Source: Chrysomallon squamiferum (Eukaryota; Animalia; Mollusca). Taken from it: DNA of 64,000 nt. Shown here in pieces: positions 1-43,518 of the stretch. The notes under the pieces are model-generated. The model had not been told where the DNA came from. It did no database searches and saw only the letters and a list, made by a program, of their open reading frames with translations. Numbering within the stretch: the first letter of the stretch is position 1; every line of letters begins with the position of its first letter. The stretch spans positions 40,610,001-40,674,000 of the forward strand of contig CM022665.1 in assembly GCA_012295275.1 (NCBI GenBank), given 5' to 3'. Position numbers and translations under genes: made by a program.

Positions 1-290
1 CAGTACATCCATCAAACCATCCATCTGTCCACCTACCTATCTATCTACCTACTAATATAACTGTCTGTCTGTTTATCTATCTCTGTTTATCTATCTATCT
101 GTCTATCTCTATCATCTGTCATCTAACTATATGTCATCTGTCTCCAGCTGTCTATATCGATCTATCTGTGTCACCCATTCATTCTATATCTTTTCATCCA
201 AATGCCTTTACATTTATCCATCAATCCACCCATCTATCTGTCTATCTGTCCATCCAGCTTTCTCTCTATCTGTCTTTCCAGTTCACTCTC
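1..290. repeat. Degenerate (ATCT/ATCC/GTCT)n tetranucleotide satellite
   Basis: Visible directly. Confidence 0.85.
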
Positions 291-890
291 TTTATTTATT
301 TATTTTTTATTATTATTTTTATTTGTTTTATTTTTTTATTATAGTAATTGTTATAACAGATATTGTAGTTATAGTAGTAATAGCAGTGGTATTAAAAGTA
401 TCAGTAATAGTAGTTGTAGTAGAAGTAGTAAAAATAGCAGTTGTAAAGAAGTAGTAGTAGCTGTAATAGATGTAATAGTAATAACAGAAGTAGAAATGAG
501 TATGATTTATTATTGGTATCTCTTTATGTGTTGTATGCTTTGATTAAAATATTTAAATTTATTTTTGATATTACATGTTAGGATTTATCATTCCTCACCG
601 CTTAGCAATTATTATTGTTCTTTAATGTACCTTAAATGCAGCGACAAGGAGTCACCTGGTGAGTGATGACACCCCCACCTCAGAGTGGCTAATACGGGAA
701 ACTCGTACTTGAAAATGAGCTACCGGGGGACTGTTCACCTTTGGTACATTAAACTGTCGCTTGTTGATGTTATATTTTGAATAATATTAAATAATTCAGC
801 TGAAACAACCTCAGATCGATAATATAAAAATACATACATATACAAACGCACATACACATACACACAGACACACACACGCGTATATAATAC

Positions 891-892
<2 letters not shown>

Positions 893-976
<84 letters not shown>

Positions 977-1054
977 ATTTATTGTTAATATGTTATGTTC
1001 GTAAAGTTAAAGAGTTTAGAAAATTAGATATTTTATGGAATATATATATTTGTG

Positions 1055-1114
<60 letters not shown>
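893..1114. repeat. (AG)n at 893-972 and (GT)n at ~1051-1114
   Basis: Visible directly. Confidence 0.95.
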
Positions 1115-1116
<2 letters not shown>

Positions 1117-1577
1117 CTTACCAATGTTATCTATTGCCTTTTAATAACAAATTTAACATGAAAATATTTTTAATTCTACTGGTTTATAAGTCGTAACGCG
1201 TACACCAAGTTTTAAATTGAGAATGAATTAATACGTCAACATTTGTATTTTAAAAAATTTATTAACATCATATGCATCCCATTATTTAGTTCAAGGATAT
1301 TTTTTTTTTTTTTTTTTTCTTTTTTTCTTTGTAGATTCCCTCACCATTAAATATAAATTTAAAAGAATACCTTTATTTTTATTTAAAAAAATAAATAAAT
1401 AAACAAAAATAAAAAGAATCTCGATCTTTGTATGAAACGAATAGTGTAAGTTATCATCTGTATTAACCCAGTTTTACAGATAAATTAACAGTAGTATTTA
1501 GCATATATGATACAAGCTCTTTACTAGCGTACTTAAACGACTGGATCAAGTTTATTTTATTTTATTTTATTTTATTT

Positions 1578-1621
<44 letters not shown>

Positions 1622-1724
1622 TCATTTTACTTATTTATTTATTTATCATTCTCATCATCACCATCACCACCACTACTACTACCATCATTATCATCATCAC
1701 CATCATCATCATCATCATCATAAC

Positions 1725-1779
<55 letters not shown>

Positions 1780-3263
1780 TCAACAACAGCTTAGTACAGT
1801 TAATTAGTCCTACAACCGTAATAAACGATTTTAAGGTTTACACACAAATCTGACAATAAATCAATTCCTGATATTTCACGAGATGTTTGTCTGGACTGTC
1901 AGCAAGTCACCTTTTATGTTTTTCTTTAAGTGTGAAAAAATGAAGCACGTTTCTTTATACACAGTTACATGCTCACTCTATTCTACGCTCATTCTGTTGT
2001 TACTTTTAAATAAAACAGCAGCAGTTATCTAAGTACGAAGAACTTTCTACGGGTGCGATATATATCTAATTAATTCTGTATAGTCTTCGTCATACATCTG
2101 CTAATAATTATAGCGTTTGATATAACGGGTAGAAGTAACTGTTTTTAAAAAAAAATGTTGCTTTTCTTATTATTTGGTGCACAAAGTTCGTTGATCTGTT
2201 GTTTTTGTTTTCCGTTTTTATCTTAAAGAGCAACACTTAGGAAAACAGAACGAGAAAGTTAGTTCTGTGTACCAAGACATACTCGTGAATGCATTTAAAA
2301 ACAAGCTGGTAGACTGAGTAAATCGCAACTAGATACGAACCAACATCACTAAAAAAATTAAATAAATAAATAAATGTTCATCTGCATGTAACAGATACAA
2401 TTTATTATCATCAAAGCTTGGCACTGAGTAATATATAAAACATCTGTAACGAGGCTGTTTGTGAAAGTGCTCAGTAGGTACACTTTAAAACTGAGAATAA
2501 TTATAAACAGAATGTATTATATGTAACATGTCAGTCATAGGAACATGCATGCTTACATCTGCCTGTCTGTGTAACGTACACGTCTAATAACGACTGTATG
2601 AAGCTGCATAACTGACGAGTTGGCATGCGATTTCGCTTACCAAAACATATGTCGCGTTGTGTGAGGCAACAAACGTGAGCCTACAATGGTCTGAAAACTG
2701 TCGCTGTGACTTAGTACTGAGATCTGTCGCGAAATAAAGCCCAATAATGATGTGTAATGAATGCAGTTTTCTAATTGTATATTTATTTTACGAAACATTC
2801 GACTACGGCGTTTTGGGATTTAATTCCGGTCCAAGGATGTGAAATTCTGTCAATGTTTGAGAATGTCTGAACATTTTCTTATAACAGTCAAATTTTCTTT
2901 TCTTTTCTTTTATTTATTGAGATATTTAGTTATTTTATATATATATTACTTTTTTGAGGTTTTGTTCTTTATATTATTTTATTTTATTGTTATTTATTAT
3001 TATTCATTCATTCATTTATATATTTTTTTTCTCTCCTTTATTTTTGGTTCTGCATCTTTCCCTTGACTTGAAATACAAATGAAACCATTAATAATGATTC
3101 TTTCTATGAAAATAGCTTCGTTCGTTATTTCTAAACATGTGTTACATATCTGCGAGAAAATGAGCCTGAAATTACATGTAAACTGATATAGATATCAAAC
3201 ATTCGAAGAATTGTTTTTTTCTAATATAAGTGAACGTACACACAAACACGTGCATGCATGGTA

Positions 3264-3304
<41 letters not shown>

Positions 3305-3376
3305 AGTGTTAGAATATATTTTTGATATGTAGGTAAATACAGAAGTCGCTTAGATTTTGTTTTTATTATTATTATC

Positions 3377-3439
<63 letters not shown>

Positions 3440-3729
3440 TCGTCATCATCATCATCATAATTATTACTGTTATTGTTAATATTATCTTTTATTATTATTT
3501 TTTATTTTTATTCTTCACTTATTTTATTTTATTTATTTATATAATAATTAATGAAAGACCGGAGAATCTTAACCTTGTAAATAATAAAAAATCAAAAAAA
3601 ATCAGACAGAACACAATAATGTTGTTTATCGCAAACAGTCTCAGTACCAGACACACACTAACTAATGTTTTTGGAAGACAGCCATGCAGTGGTAAGCTGA
3701 AATATATACAGAAGTGTGTTTTCTGAACA

Positions 3730-3743
3730 GCGCCATCTGGTAG
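3730..3743 (-). promoter_or_regulatory. CTCF-like motif upstream of Mhc
   Basis: Minus strand reads CTACCAGATGGCGC, one mismatch from the CCACCAGATGGCGC core. Confidence 0.5.
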
Positions 3744-4161
3744 CAATAATAAGAGTTACATTTACGTGTATCTGGTTCCCCGGGCATTTTGTCTCGATTA
3801 ACTGGTAACAGTGGGTTTTTAAGATGACATTTTTTTTATATCTCTTTGTTTTGCATTCATTTTTATTTTCATCAGCGACTGTTATTTGTTTTATGTCTTT
3901 GTTTTCTTTTCGGCTCCTTTTAAAACATAAAAATACTGTTGTTATGATTATTATTATTTGCAAAATAGTATTATCGTGGTTGTTGTACTAGTGGCGGAGG
4001 GATGAGATAAAATAAATGATAGTATATATAACTGCTATATGTCGTTGCTGCTGCTGCTGCTGCTGTTGTATCAACGACAAGACAGTCAACTGTTTGTTGC
4101 GGATTAATACCATAACAAATAGAATTTTCTAAAGTAATAAAGTGAAAAATAGCAGTTGTCT

Positions 4162-4164
<3 letters not shown>

Positions 4165-4252
<88 letters not shown>
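4165..4252. repeat. (AG)n microsatellite
   Basis: Visible directly. Confidence 0.95.
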
Positions 4253-4256
<4 letters not shown>

Positions 4257-4682
4257 AATTAGTTTTAAAATAAACAGTTTTGTACAGGTATGCTATATGA
4301 CTTACGACACTATAACAAGGGTTTAGTAACGAAAGCTTGTGAAGTTAAGAAGTGGTATAATATATGTCTCATTAGATACAAAAAAACATCTATCAACGCA
4401 AATGGTGCTCAAATTAGATTACACATATGTAAAGATAAGGTTTTCGTTCTGTAGACTTTGCTTATCTCCGATAAACAGACACACTGAATTTCTATTCCTG
4501 AATCTCATTTTGCACCAGCTCAGAGAAACAAAACCTGAAAAACACTAAAGATGTGAAGATTTGATATATAACATATTCATACATACGTACATACTTACAT
4601 ACATACAGACATATACGCGGCTATCCATATAGATGCACATACACACACACATATACATACATATATTAATATGCACGTACAG

Positions 4683-4733
<51 letters not shown>

Positions 4734-4934
4734 AGCATAAATACATACTCTCGTTCTGAATGGATAAAACTTTCCAGATGAAATTAGTTGTATTATCAAG
4801 AAAATAAATTTGTTGGCAGAAAGTATTAGGGGTGCACATTTCCTATTGCTATAATAAAAACACTTTTTAAGGATTATTATTATCACCATCATCATCATCA
4901 TTACTACTGCTACAACTACTATTAGTACTACAAC

Positions 4935-5010
<76 letters not shown>

Positions 5011-5053
5011 CAATTAAATATATTCACAATATCACAATCAAATTATCACGATT

Positions 5054-5094
<41 letters not shown>

Positions 5095-5418
5095 CCAAAT
5101 CTTTTATAACGAAAGAAATTCATACTGGGTCGTATTCTATAAAACATAATCTACACTTTTCACCCATAAATTCTTCCATTTTGCAAGAATAACTAACGTG
5201 TGTTTTACGTAAAGTGAGTTGACATGGCTCTGGAAGAAAACTGACAATTCTCGGATGTTACGCCTACGCTGATGGCCTTCAGTCGCTTGCTTACTCCATA
5301 TTAGTTTAGTCTGAGAGAACGAAATACCGAAATTCGATCACACATCAACTTATTGTCATAAGAAACGATATTATTATTTTTATTATTATTATTACAATTA
5401 TTTGAAACTATATAGTAG

Positions 5419-5460
<42 letters not shown>

Positions 5461-5885
5461 TGTATTTGTATTAATGTATCTATGTAATTATGTACGTATT
5501 TGTATGCAAGTGAAGGATGCAACTATATGCGTTCATGTATGTGTGAATGTTTGCAGACAGAGATATTTATATGCACGTTTATTGCAAATGTATGAAACTA
5601 AATAAAGATGCCGTTAATGCAGTACTCCTGTGATGATAAGTAGTGAAAACGAACGATAAAATAAAGAAAAATAAAGCAAATGAATACAAAAATCAGAGCA
5701 ATGTGAAAGAAACACATTTTCAAATTACTCTTGCTTTCAACAGACGAATTCTCTCGTTATTTTTCTGTTGTTTCTTCTTCAGCGTTTTGTTTTATGTGTT
5801 TGTTTCCCGTTACGAATCATTAACGAGAGATAAATAAATATAATTAGACGAGTACAAGTCTATGATTCATACATATATACGCACG

Positions 5886-5916
<31 letters not shown>

Positions 5917-6471
5917 ACATACACACATATATGTATCGTTTAACAAACCCAAATAAAATTCTTCATTATATATATATATTTTAACTATCTATTCACTTTT
6001 TCCGCTGATTACATTTCACACACACAAAAAAAAAAAATTCTTCAAGGTATATTATACTGAATGACTTGATTTGAACATTTAAAGAATACATAAAATTTAA
6101 AATAAACAAATAACGATAATGTTTGCAATGTTCATTAATCTTGCACATATAAATGAATTTCTGCTAATTGCATCTTAATCACATACATCTTAACAGTTAC
6201 ACAATTACACCACCACCACCACCCCCACCCCCCCTGCAAAGAGTGTGTGGCCAGCGCATGTTTCAGAATCTCTCAGTTACATAATTTTTCTTAGAAAGCT
6301 TCAACAACAGACTATGTACATACGATACATGCACGCCACATGGCCTTGCCTGGTTGCTGCACTGTTATTTTACCATCAGAGAGGAAGAGAACCTGAGATG
6401 TGATATTCTATGTGTTGCATGCGTGCACGTGTGTCGCCATATACAGCCGTACGCAAAGCCGTCTTATGGTA

Positions 6472-6584
6472 TGACGTCCCCATTGGCTGCAGCTGGGAGG
6501 TCTGGCATTCCCCTGTGGTTCGCTCTTGGACTATAAAACGATGATTCCGGCCGAAGATCTGCAGAACGGCTTTGGAGCGTGAGT
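6472..6584 (+). promoter_or_regulatory. Probable Mhc core promoter and very short non-coding exon 1
   Basis: TGACGTC (6472-6478), inverted CCAAT (ATTGG 6482-6486), E-box CAGCTG (6490-6495), TATAAAA (6532-6538), donor GTGAGT at 6579. A strong polypyrimidine acceptor at 7741-7742 opens the ATG-containing exon. Confidence 0.7.
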
Positions 6585-7872
6585 ATTTCACTTCGTGTGA
6601 TGTGGAGTTTATATACCTGTGTGTTTGTTCATCCTGTGTATCTTCCCGTTGTTTCATTTCAGAAAATAGCCGACTACCCTGTGTTTGCAGGGTAGTTGTA
6701 TTTCAGAAGTAAAAAAAAAAAAAAAGAAAAGAAAAGAAAAAAAAAACCTTTCCATTTACCTTAATCCTACCCACTTCTTGTTCACCTGTCAAATATTTTT
6801 TTTTTTTTTTGTACAGATTGTCTTATTTTTCAAATCCTTCCTTGCAACCCTAATCGTATCCTCCTCTTAATTTCCAAAAATTACAAGAAAAAAAAAAAAA
6901 ATTTCAAAAAACCCTTCCTCTACTTTCACCTTGATTTACACATCCAGAAATTCATTACCTTTTTCACTGGAGAGTTTAAGAACAGAAATAATCTGTCCTC
7001 GAGCAGAACCAAAACTTTCCCTTGAATGTTTTAGTTTTTTTTGTTTGTTTTTTCGGTTTTTTTATTTGTGGGGGTGGTAGGTCTTTTTAATGTAATATTA
7101 AGAAAAGCTCCCTACTTTTCGTTGTACCACTGCATGCGACATTATAATACTGTTACGAAGAAAGTGATTCGATTTTAATGTTCCCAGCGGTTAGAATACT
7201 AAATCGTGATTTCTTTTTAAATCCTGTATTATTTGATTTCCTTATTTCATTAGCAATTTTTAACTGTAGCTCAAAACAAATAATTATTGGTAGTATTTGT
7301 CAAACACAGGTAAATTTATGAATATGATAAAAATAAAAGATAAAGGAGATAAAAATGTTAAATAGTAAAAGATTCAAAGTAAAAAAAAAATAATAATAAT
7401 CAGTAATATCAAGAAGTAATAAACTGTAATTTCCGAAATTTTTTGAATCGCGTCCAATAGAATATATTATTTCGCAATCTTAATATTAGTTTTTGGTATA
7501 TTTATTTTGAGTATAACAGTAGTAACAACAGTAGTGATAGTAAAAATAGCAGTAATTATAATAGTAATAGCACAGTAACAGCAATATTAGTAGTAGTAGC
7601 AGCAGTAATAATAAGAATCTTACGAACAAAAATAAGACACTCTAATCGCCTTAACCTTTTCACTGTCGTCTGTATTTTTCTCTTTATCAGTATATATTAA
7701 TCGCGTTTTTTTTTTTTTTTTCGTTTTTTTCTGCTGTTTCAGTTTAGAGTTCCTTTATTGTCTGTTCTGATTTGATAAGGCGATTACGGGCTACACTCTC
7801 CTTCTTAATTTCGGAGAAGTGAACCGCAGTAGTTTCTATCGTTTTGCTGTTCCGCACATCTGAAATATCACC

Positions 7873-30957
<23,085 letters not shown>

Positions 30958-31383
30958 AAAGGCCTTCACAATTTTTGTCCACGTTTTTTGACCCACCTTT
31001 TCTAAATAAGATGACTTCTCCAGGTTATTACGTAATCTGGTATCAACACTTGTTTGATTAATGAAGTGTTATGAACATTTGTATGTTTGAGAGTATAACA
31101 CAACAACTGCATCTTCCCGTCCAGTTATTGAAGAAGAAAAAAAAAATGTATGCCTCCATGACATAAGTATTATATGAAGTGGAGTAAAAAAACATCAGAG
31201 GAAGAGAAAACGAATCAGTCTGCAGTGTGCAGTTTCGAAAGAACTTTATTTAATTTTATTGTCATAAATATGTGATAATGTATGGTATTATTTATTTTGC
31301 CAGTGTATTTAACTGCAATGCAGTGTCTGACTTGTTGTGTTCTTTTCACCGTATCATTCCACACCCTAAGTTATTCAGAATTG

Positions 31384-31389
31384 AATAAA
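31384..31389 (+). terminator. Probable Mhc polyadenylation signal
   Basis: AATAAA followed within ~40 nt by a GT/T-rich tract (ctgttgttttgttgttt). Confidence 0.55.
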
Positions 31390-34319
31390 CTTCTCTTATC
31401 CTTTACACTGTTGTTTTGTTGTTTATATGAGTTTGATATGATTACTGTCTTATGTTTCAAAATATTATTTTAAAACAAACGAGAATGAAAGAAAAAAAAA
31501 AAATAATGATAAAGTAAAAGTATTCACACGACTTTAAGTGATTAACCAAATGTATTTATTTAGCCTATTTATAAACATTATTATTATATCCCTCTGGATC
31601 GAGTATAAAATATCATTGTTCAGTTGCTAATATGAAGCAATGAAGTTAACTAATTACGTCTTGAATCAGACGACTACAGAGTAACATTCTCTGAACTTGT
31701 AATCTAGATGCATATTGTCATACACTTTCCTCTGAAAGTTAATATTATCTGGATATAAATTTATTGAAAAACAAATACATGTAGATGTAAACCGCAATTT
31801 CATAGATTGCTTTTACAAAGGGAACCAGTCTACTTTATCCAACGGTAACTAAATTTTTTTAGACAATGAATCCTGGCTTTTTCAAACTACAGCCAATAAT
31901 TAATAATATTTAACATAATTACACTTTACTCTAGAAATATGGCATTAATCGATGCTTCACTGTCTTAAAACGAAGACGACAGACCATCAAAATATTTAAT
32001 AATTATTTTTTTAAAGTACATCAATATAAACGAAGTGTTAAAAGATCTATAATTTATGATGTTTTAACTTCTGAGTAATAAAATATATAATCCAAAAGAT
32101 TAGAGACGGTTCTTTAAGCTCAACTATAAGATAAATAAAACAGCAATGTCAGCGTTGAATTAAAATATAATCAATATGTAATTATTTCGTTAAGTAACCG
32201 CTTGACTGTACTTTGATTTCGAACAATAGCTATCATTTTCACCAACTACAGTACGTTTCAGAGACATTGTTGATACAGCAGTTTAACTTGATGGGCAGTG
32301 TATCTTAAGGCTGAGGATTAACTCGAGAATCACACTTGTTAATCATCTTAAAATGTTTAACATTCAAATGTCCCGACTTTGACGGGGGAAAAAATGCATA
32401 AAGCTAATATCAAATTTAATTATTATTAAATAATAATAAAAGCTAGCGAGTCAGAGATATTACTTTTCATTTGCAAAAGATCGTGACAGACTATAGTAAC
32501 AAAACAGGTTTTATCTCTATGAGGACTTTAACAACAATTAAACAAAACATAAATAAATTAAAAATACATATATGTGTGCGCGGGCGCGGTTTATATTTTT
32601 ATTTTTTTTATTATTCATTACGTATATTTATTTTGTTAACATGAAGCGAATAATTTTGATCTTTACAAACATTATCGACACTGCTCAGACTACTCTGAGA
32701 ATGTTAGAAAAGAACACACTCTTCTTTGATCAAATCCATCCAATCATTTTTGTTTATAGGTGCTATTTCCGTTTTAGCGGGACGAAAGTCAGTTTTATAG
32801 AAAATGTAATTAGTTTTGTTTTGTTTTGATGTATTTATTTTGTTGTTATTTTCTCTTATGGATTGATTGTTTTTGGTGAGTCTTTTGGTGCTTAATTTAT
32901 GTTATCAATTATATGAATATAATAGCATTCTTTACATCCCGAAATGTGAAAATAAAATTGAAATAATGCAAATGTTTTTGTCATAATTTTGAATTTAAAC
33001 TGAAGGGATGAAAAGTTACGATTATCATTACAACTCATTCATTCATTGTTCTGCATTAAATATCTGTAACATTATTATTGGTATATATTTAACAGCACTA
33101 TTTCCATAATGTGTTTTGTATCGGGTTAAATCTCCATGGTTTAGTTTACTTTTTATTCAAATTTACTTGATTTAAAATCCGATTATCATTATGTGTCGTT
33201 CAACTTACTGGATGGTAAAATCCATAAGCGTTATGATATTTACAAGTGACATTCGAGAACTGATCAGGTAATTAATTAACCTTTGATTTAGCTGATAATT
33301 TAACAAAAAATATATATATATATATATAGTAATATTTTCATTATTTTCAGTTTTTCAGAAACAGTAAAACATACAGTTCTCTTCACAGCATTGAAATGTC
33401 TGCATTTAATTGAATGAAAATGTTGATACTGTAAGTTATATTGTAAATTGTTATATATATATAGTTATTAAAAGAATAAAATACAAACAAATTTATTTTC
33501 ATATCTAATATCTGAAGACTTAGTATAAATGCTTTTTTTTTTTCTTTTCTTTTCTTAATTAAATATTTAATAATTTTTGTTGACTGTTATGAGTGTTAGT
33601 ATTTTACATTTCCCTTCAGAAAAGAAAGATCTAGATGTCAGATATTAATGTTGAAGGAGAAAGCTGTAACTATTTAATAGTACAAGGACAAATGAATATA
33701 ATTCTTATGTAAACATTAACATCCATAGAATATGAATTAATATATAATTATCATATGTAGACCAGACCAGCTTTGTTAAACTTGGGGATAGTAAAGTCAT
33801 GTTGTCTAGATGCAACTATAAAAATAAGGGGAGATAAAAAGGATTTATCTGATTACTTGTGTTTAGATATAAATATTATGCAAAACAGAAGAAATCTTAT
33901 CAAAATGAGCAATAAAACTTTGGTCACAAAAGTAAATTTCATCAGTTAGTAGATTACTCAGAAATTTAAATACTGACTGTAAGAAATTTAACTTTTTAAG
34001 AATAAACAAAATTTTAAAACAATTCTTCTCATGATTTTCAAGTGTTGTAAATTTTGCATTAACCTTTTAAATGTTACTTACACCAGATTCATAATAATCT
34101 AGGTAATTGCTTTTTGACCACCTTTATAAATACACACATTTTTCTATTTATTATAAATTAGTAATTTTGCAGTAATCTTACAGTTATATTTCTTTCAGTG
34201 TGTGTAGAGATATTGGAGATTTTTTTCAAAACCGTATTAAATACAAATAGTTTTGCTTGATCTTTAAAATATAAATGAGATTAAAATCCTTAATTTTTCT
34301 GCAGACTGACAACAGCCAG

Positions 34320-35189
34320 ATGTCCAGTAACAACGCTTTGTCAGTTAGTATAAATAGCACTCAGTCCCAGGAAGATGAAGGATTATCATCTGACATCCAT
34401 TCATCACCTTGCGGGATTGTCACCCTGAAAGAACAGTGTGAACAAAAATGGAAAGAATTAGAAGCTGAAGCTGAGATAGTTTCACTCATCTCAGATGTCA
34501 AGACCGTGCAGCCTCGTAACTCCTTGCTGCAGATACTACAGGAAAAAAAGAAACATCTTCAGGCTGAAATTAATGTGCTGAAAACTACAAAACCAGATCC
34601 ACTGCCTCCTGATCCAGACGTTCAGTTTGAAGTGCTGACACAGGATCTTCTTTCAAGTATCAAACAACTTGAAGAAACATTCTCCCTGGCAATATCACAA
34701 GACCTGGAAGTGAAAAATTCAGTAGAGAGAGAAAAGGAATATCGAGAACAGTTACTGATAATTAATCATCATCTGGAAGAGAGGGTTCAAAGCTTCCAAG
34801 ATGAGCCCATGGGGAATGACCCTCTGTCTACAGTTTTTAAAGAACTGAAGTCTAAAATAAAGAAAGCAGAGTTGATGGATAAAAAACTGTCAAAACAATT
34901 TGATGAATTTTTATCCAGTCATTTCCCATTACCATCAGATGATGATATCAGAATATTTAAGAAAAACATGCGATCAAGGAATAAATTTTATGGTTCTAAT
35001 CATCTGTACTCCTTGAAGTCAATTCTTGAGGAACTGATGAACAAATGTATTGAAGAACCCAATGATCCCTATGTGACAATTAATGATTGCTACTGGCCTC
35101 CATATATAGAACTGCTGGTCCGATGCCAGATAATTCTGCAACATCCTGATCATGATAAAAAAATTAAACTTGTGCCTTTCCATTTATAA
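34320..35189 (+). CDS. CENPK: Centromere protein K, 289 aa, single coding exon
   Basis: Coiled-coil ORF ending DPYVTINDCYWPPYIELLVRCQIILQHPDHDKKIKLVPFHL, matching the conserved CENP-K C-terminus (WPPYxELLxR...HP...IxLxxFH). Acceptor tttttctgcag ending at 34304 suggests the real start is ATG 34320, not 34275. Confidence 0.88.
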   Translation: MSSNNALSVSINSTQSQEDEGLSSDIHSSPCGIVTLKEQCEQKWKELEAEAEIVSLISDVKTVQPRNSLLQILQEKKKHLQAEINVLKTTKPDPLPPDPDVQFEVLTQDLLSSIKQLEETFSLAISQDLEVKNSVEREKEYREQLLIINHHLEERVQSFQDEPMGNDPLSTVFKELKSKIKKAELMDKKLSKQFDEFLSSHFPLPSDDDIRIFKKNMRSRNKFYGSNHLYSLKSILEELMNKCIEEPNDPYVTINDCYWPPYIELLVRCQIILQHPDHDKKIKLVPFHL

Positions 35190-36552
35190 GTAAGACTGAC
35201 AGACATTTTCTTTCTTGTTTTTAAAATATTTATATTGCTCTTTTGGGAGGGGAGATTTTATTTGTGGGTGATGTGGGCAAGGGTTGTATATTTTTGTTTG
35301 GTTGTAAATAAAAAATGTATATATATATGTGATGTAAATAGCACACAAAATATTATTTGCAGATATACATGTTTATATCTGTATATTCTTACATACATAC
35401 ATCTGTGAATCTTTTTAATTAGATATAAATCAGATTTCATTTTTTATCTTCTTTTTTTTTAATTTAATTTAATTTTTTTTTATTAATTTATTATATGAAC
35501 AGAAGAAAGCCGTTAAAAAATTAACTCAAAGACAGGTATCTTTATTTCTTTATTCATTATGACGGAAAGTCTAAATTTTAGCTTTTATGATATTCATAAA
35601 ATTAACTAAAACCAAATTAATTATTGACAAGTAAGTAAAAGTTACTCTCAAAAACAAAAAATTTAGTTTTTGTTTGTATGTTTTGCCAAATAGTGCAAAT
35701 AAACGTATTTCTTTCTGGTGACAATGGTGTAAACCACTGAAGTTATGTAAAAGATCATTTTATTTCTTAATATTTTGTATGTATTGTATACACATGTATT
35801 TCTGTATACTACAGATAACTTGTAGATAGACTTGCCCATTTAAGCTATAAATTAGCTGAAGTAACTAAAATGTATTGTTATATATACAATAATAGCAACT
35901 ATGTAATATATCTTTCATACATCTATATTTGTCAGTGCTATATTTTAAATGGTATTGATTAAAGCATATTTCAAGTTAGTTTGAAATATTACAAATTTTT
36001 TTTTTGTTTTAAATGAAATATGAATGTTAAAAATTTGGTTGAAGCACAAACCTGTAAAATATTACAAACCGCTGTGTGAAAACAATATAACTGTCACATT
36101 ATAATGTTTCTAATTTCCATTATTCTGTTTTATTATTATTATTTTAATCTGTGAAAAACTAATGGACTGATAATTCTTGCTACCTGAACATTACAACAAT
36201 GAAATCAAGCAATAAAAGCTTCTGTTTTGTATTAAAAAAAAACATTTGTTTTCAATTAATTTTTATTTGACTTTTTATTTATATATATATATATATTTAC
36301 TAACAGCAAACTGGATTTTCAGTTTGGTTACAAGACAAATGTTGAAAACATATTACGTTATTATCTTTCTTGTAACTGAAATAATTTTAACACTTAATTT
36401 GTGTTTGTTAAATTGTTTTAAAAAATAAAATAATAATAATATAATTTCTTTTCTTTTCTTTAGTATTATTTGTAACGGTCTTTGTTTAATAGAATATACT
36501 GCTGGTAAACAGGTTTTAGTTACTTTGTATTCGCCACCTTTTTCGTGTGCTA

Positions 36553-36589
36553 GCGCGCATGCTCACTACCACTAATCGCAAGGGGGCGC
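36553..36589 (+). promoter_or_regulatory. PTGR2 promoter elements: NRF1-like and CTCF-like motifs
   Basis: GCGCGCATGCTC and TCGCAAGGGGGCGC (36576-36589) in a local CpG-rich patch ~180 nt upstream of the ATG. Confidence 0.5.
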
Positions 36590-36765
36590 TACTAGTTCGT
36601 ATTCCAAAGTGGGTTGTCTTGTTCTCTGTAATGTTTTGTATGAGTAATTTAGAGTTATTTTTCTTGACAACCTTTGAACCTAATATTTGAATGAAAGTAA
36701 AAGTGCTTGATTTTTGTAAATATAAACCACGGGATATTTACTCAGTTACTGTGTTCCGCTTATAA

Positions 36766-43518
<6,753 letters not shown>

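Noticed and set aside
658-725. Loose resemblance to bacterial 16S rRNA (GGTGAGT...TACGGGAAAC...TACCG) and to a tRNA 5' end on the minus strand
   Set aside because: Matches are short and gapped; no flanking rRNA sequence and no T-arm.
2611-2650. CTGACGAG followed by a TTGG...CCAA stem, hammerhead-like
   Set aside because: The required CGAAA after stem II is absent and stems I and III cannot be formed.
131-5837. Upstream ORFs (poly-I, poly-Y/I, CVCV-type translations)
   Set aside because: Translations of microsatellites and low-complexity AT-rich DNA; no domain motifs.
32300-32355. Small inverted repeat GATTAAC...GTTAATC
   Set aside because: Short and AT-rich; expected by chance.
34275-34319. 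N-terminal extension MRLKSLIFLQ of the 304-aa ORF
   Set aside because: Overlaps a polypyrimidine tract and CAG acceptor at 34304, so it is probably intronic.
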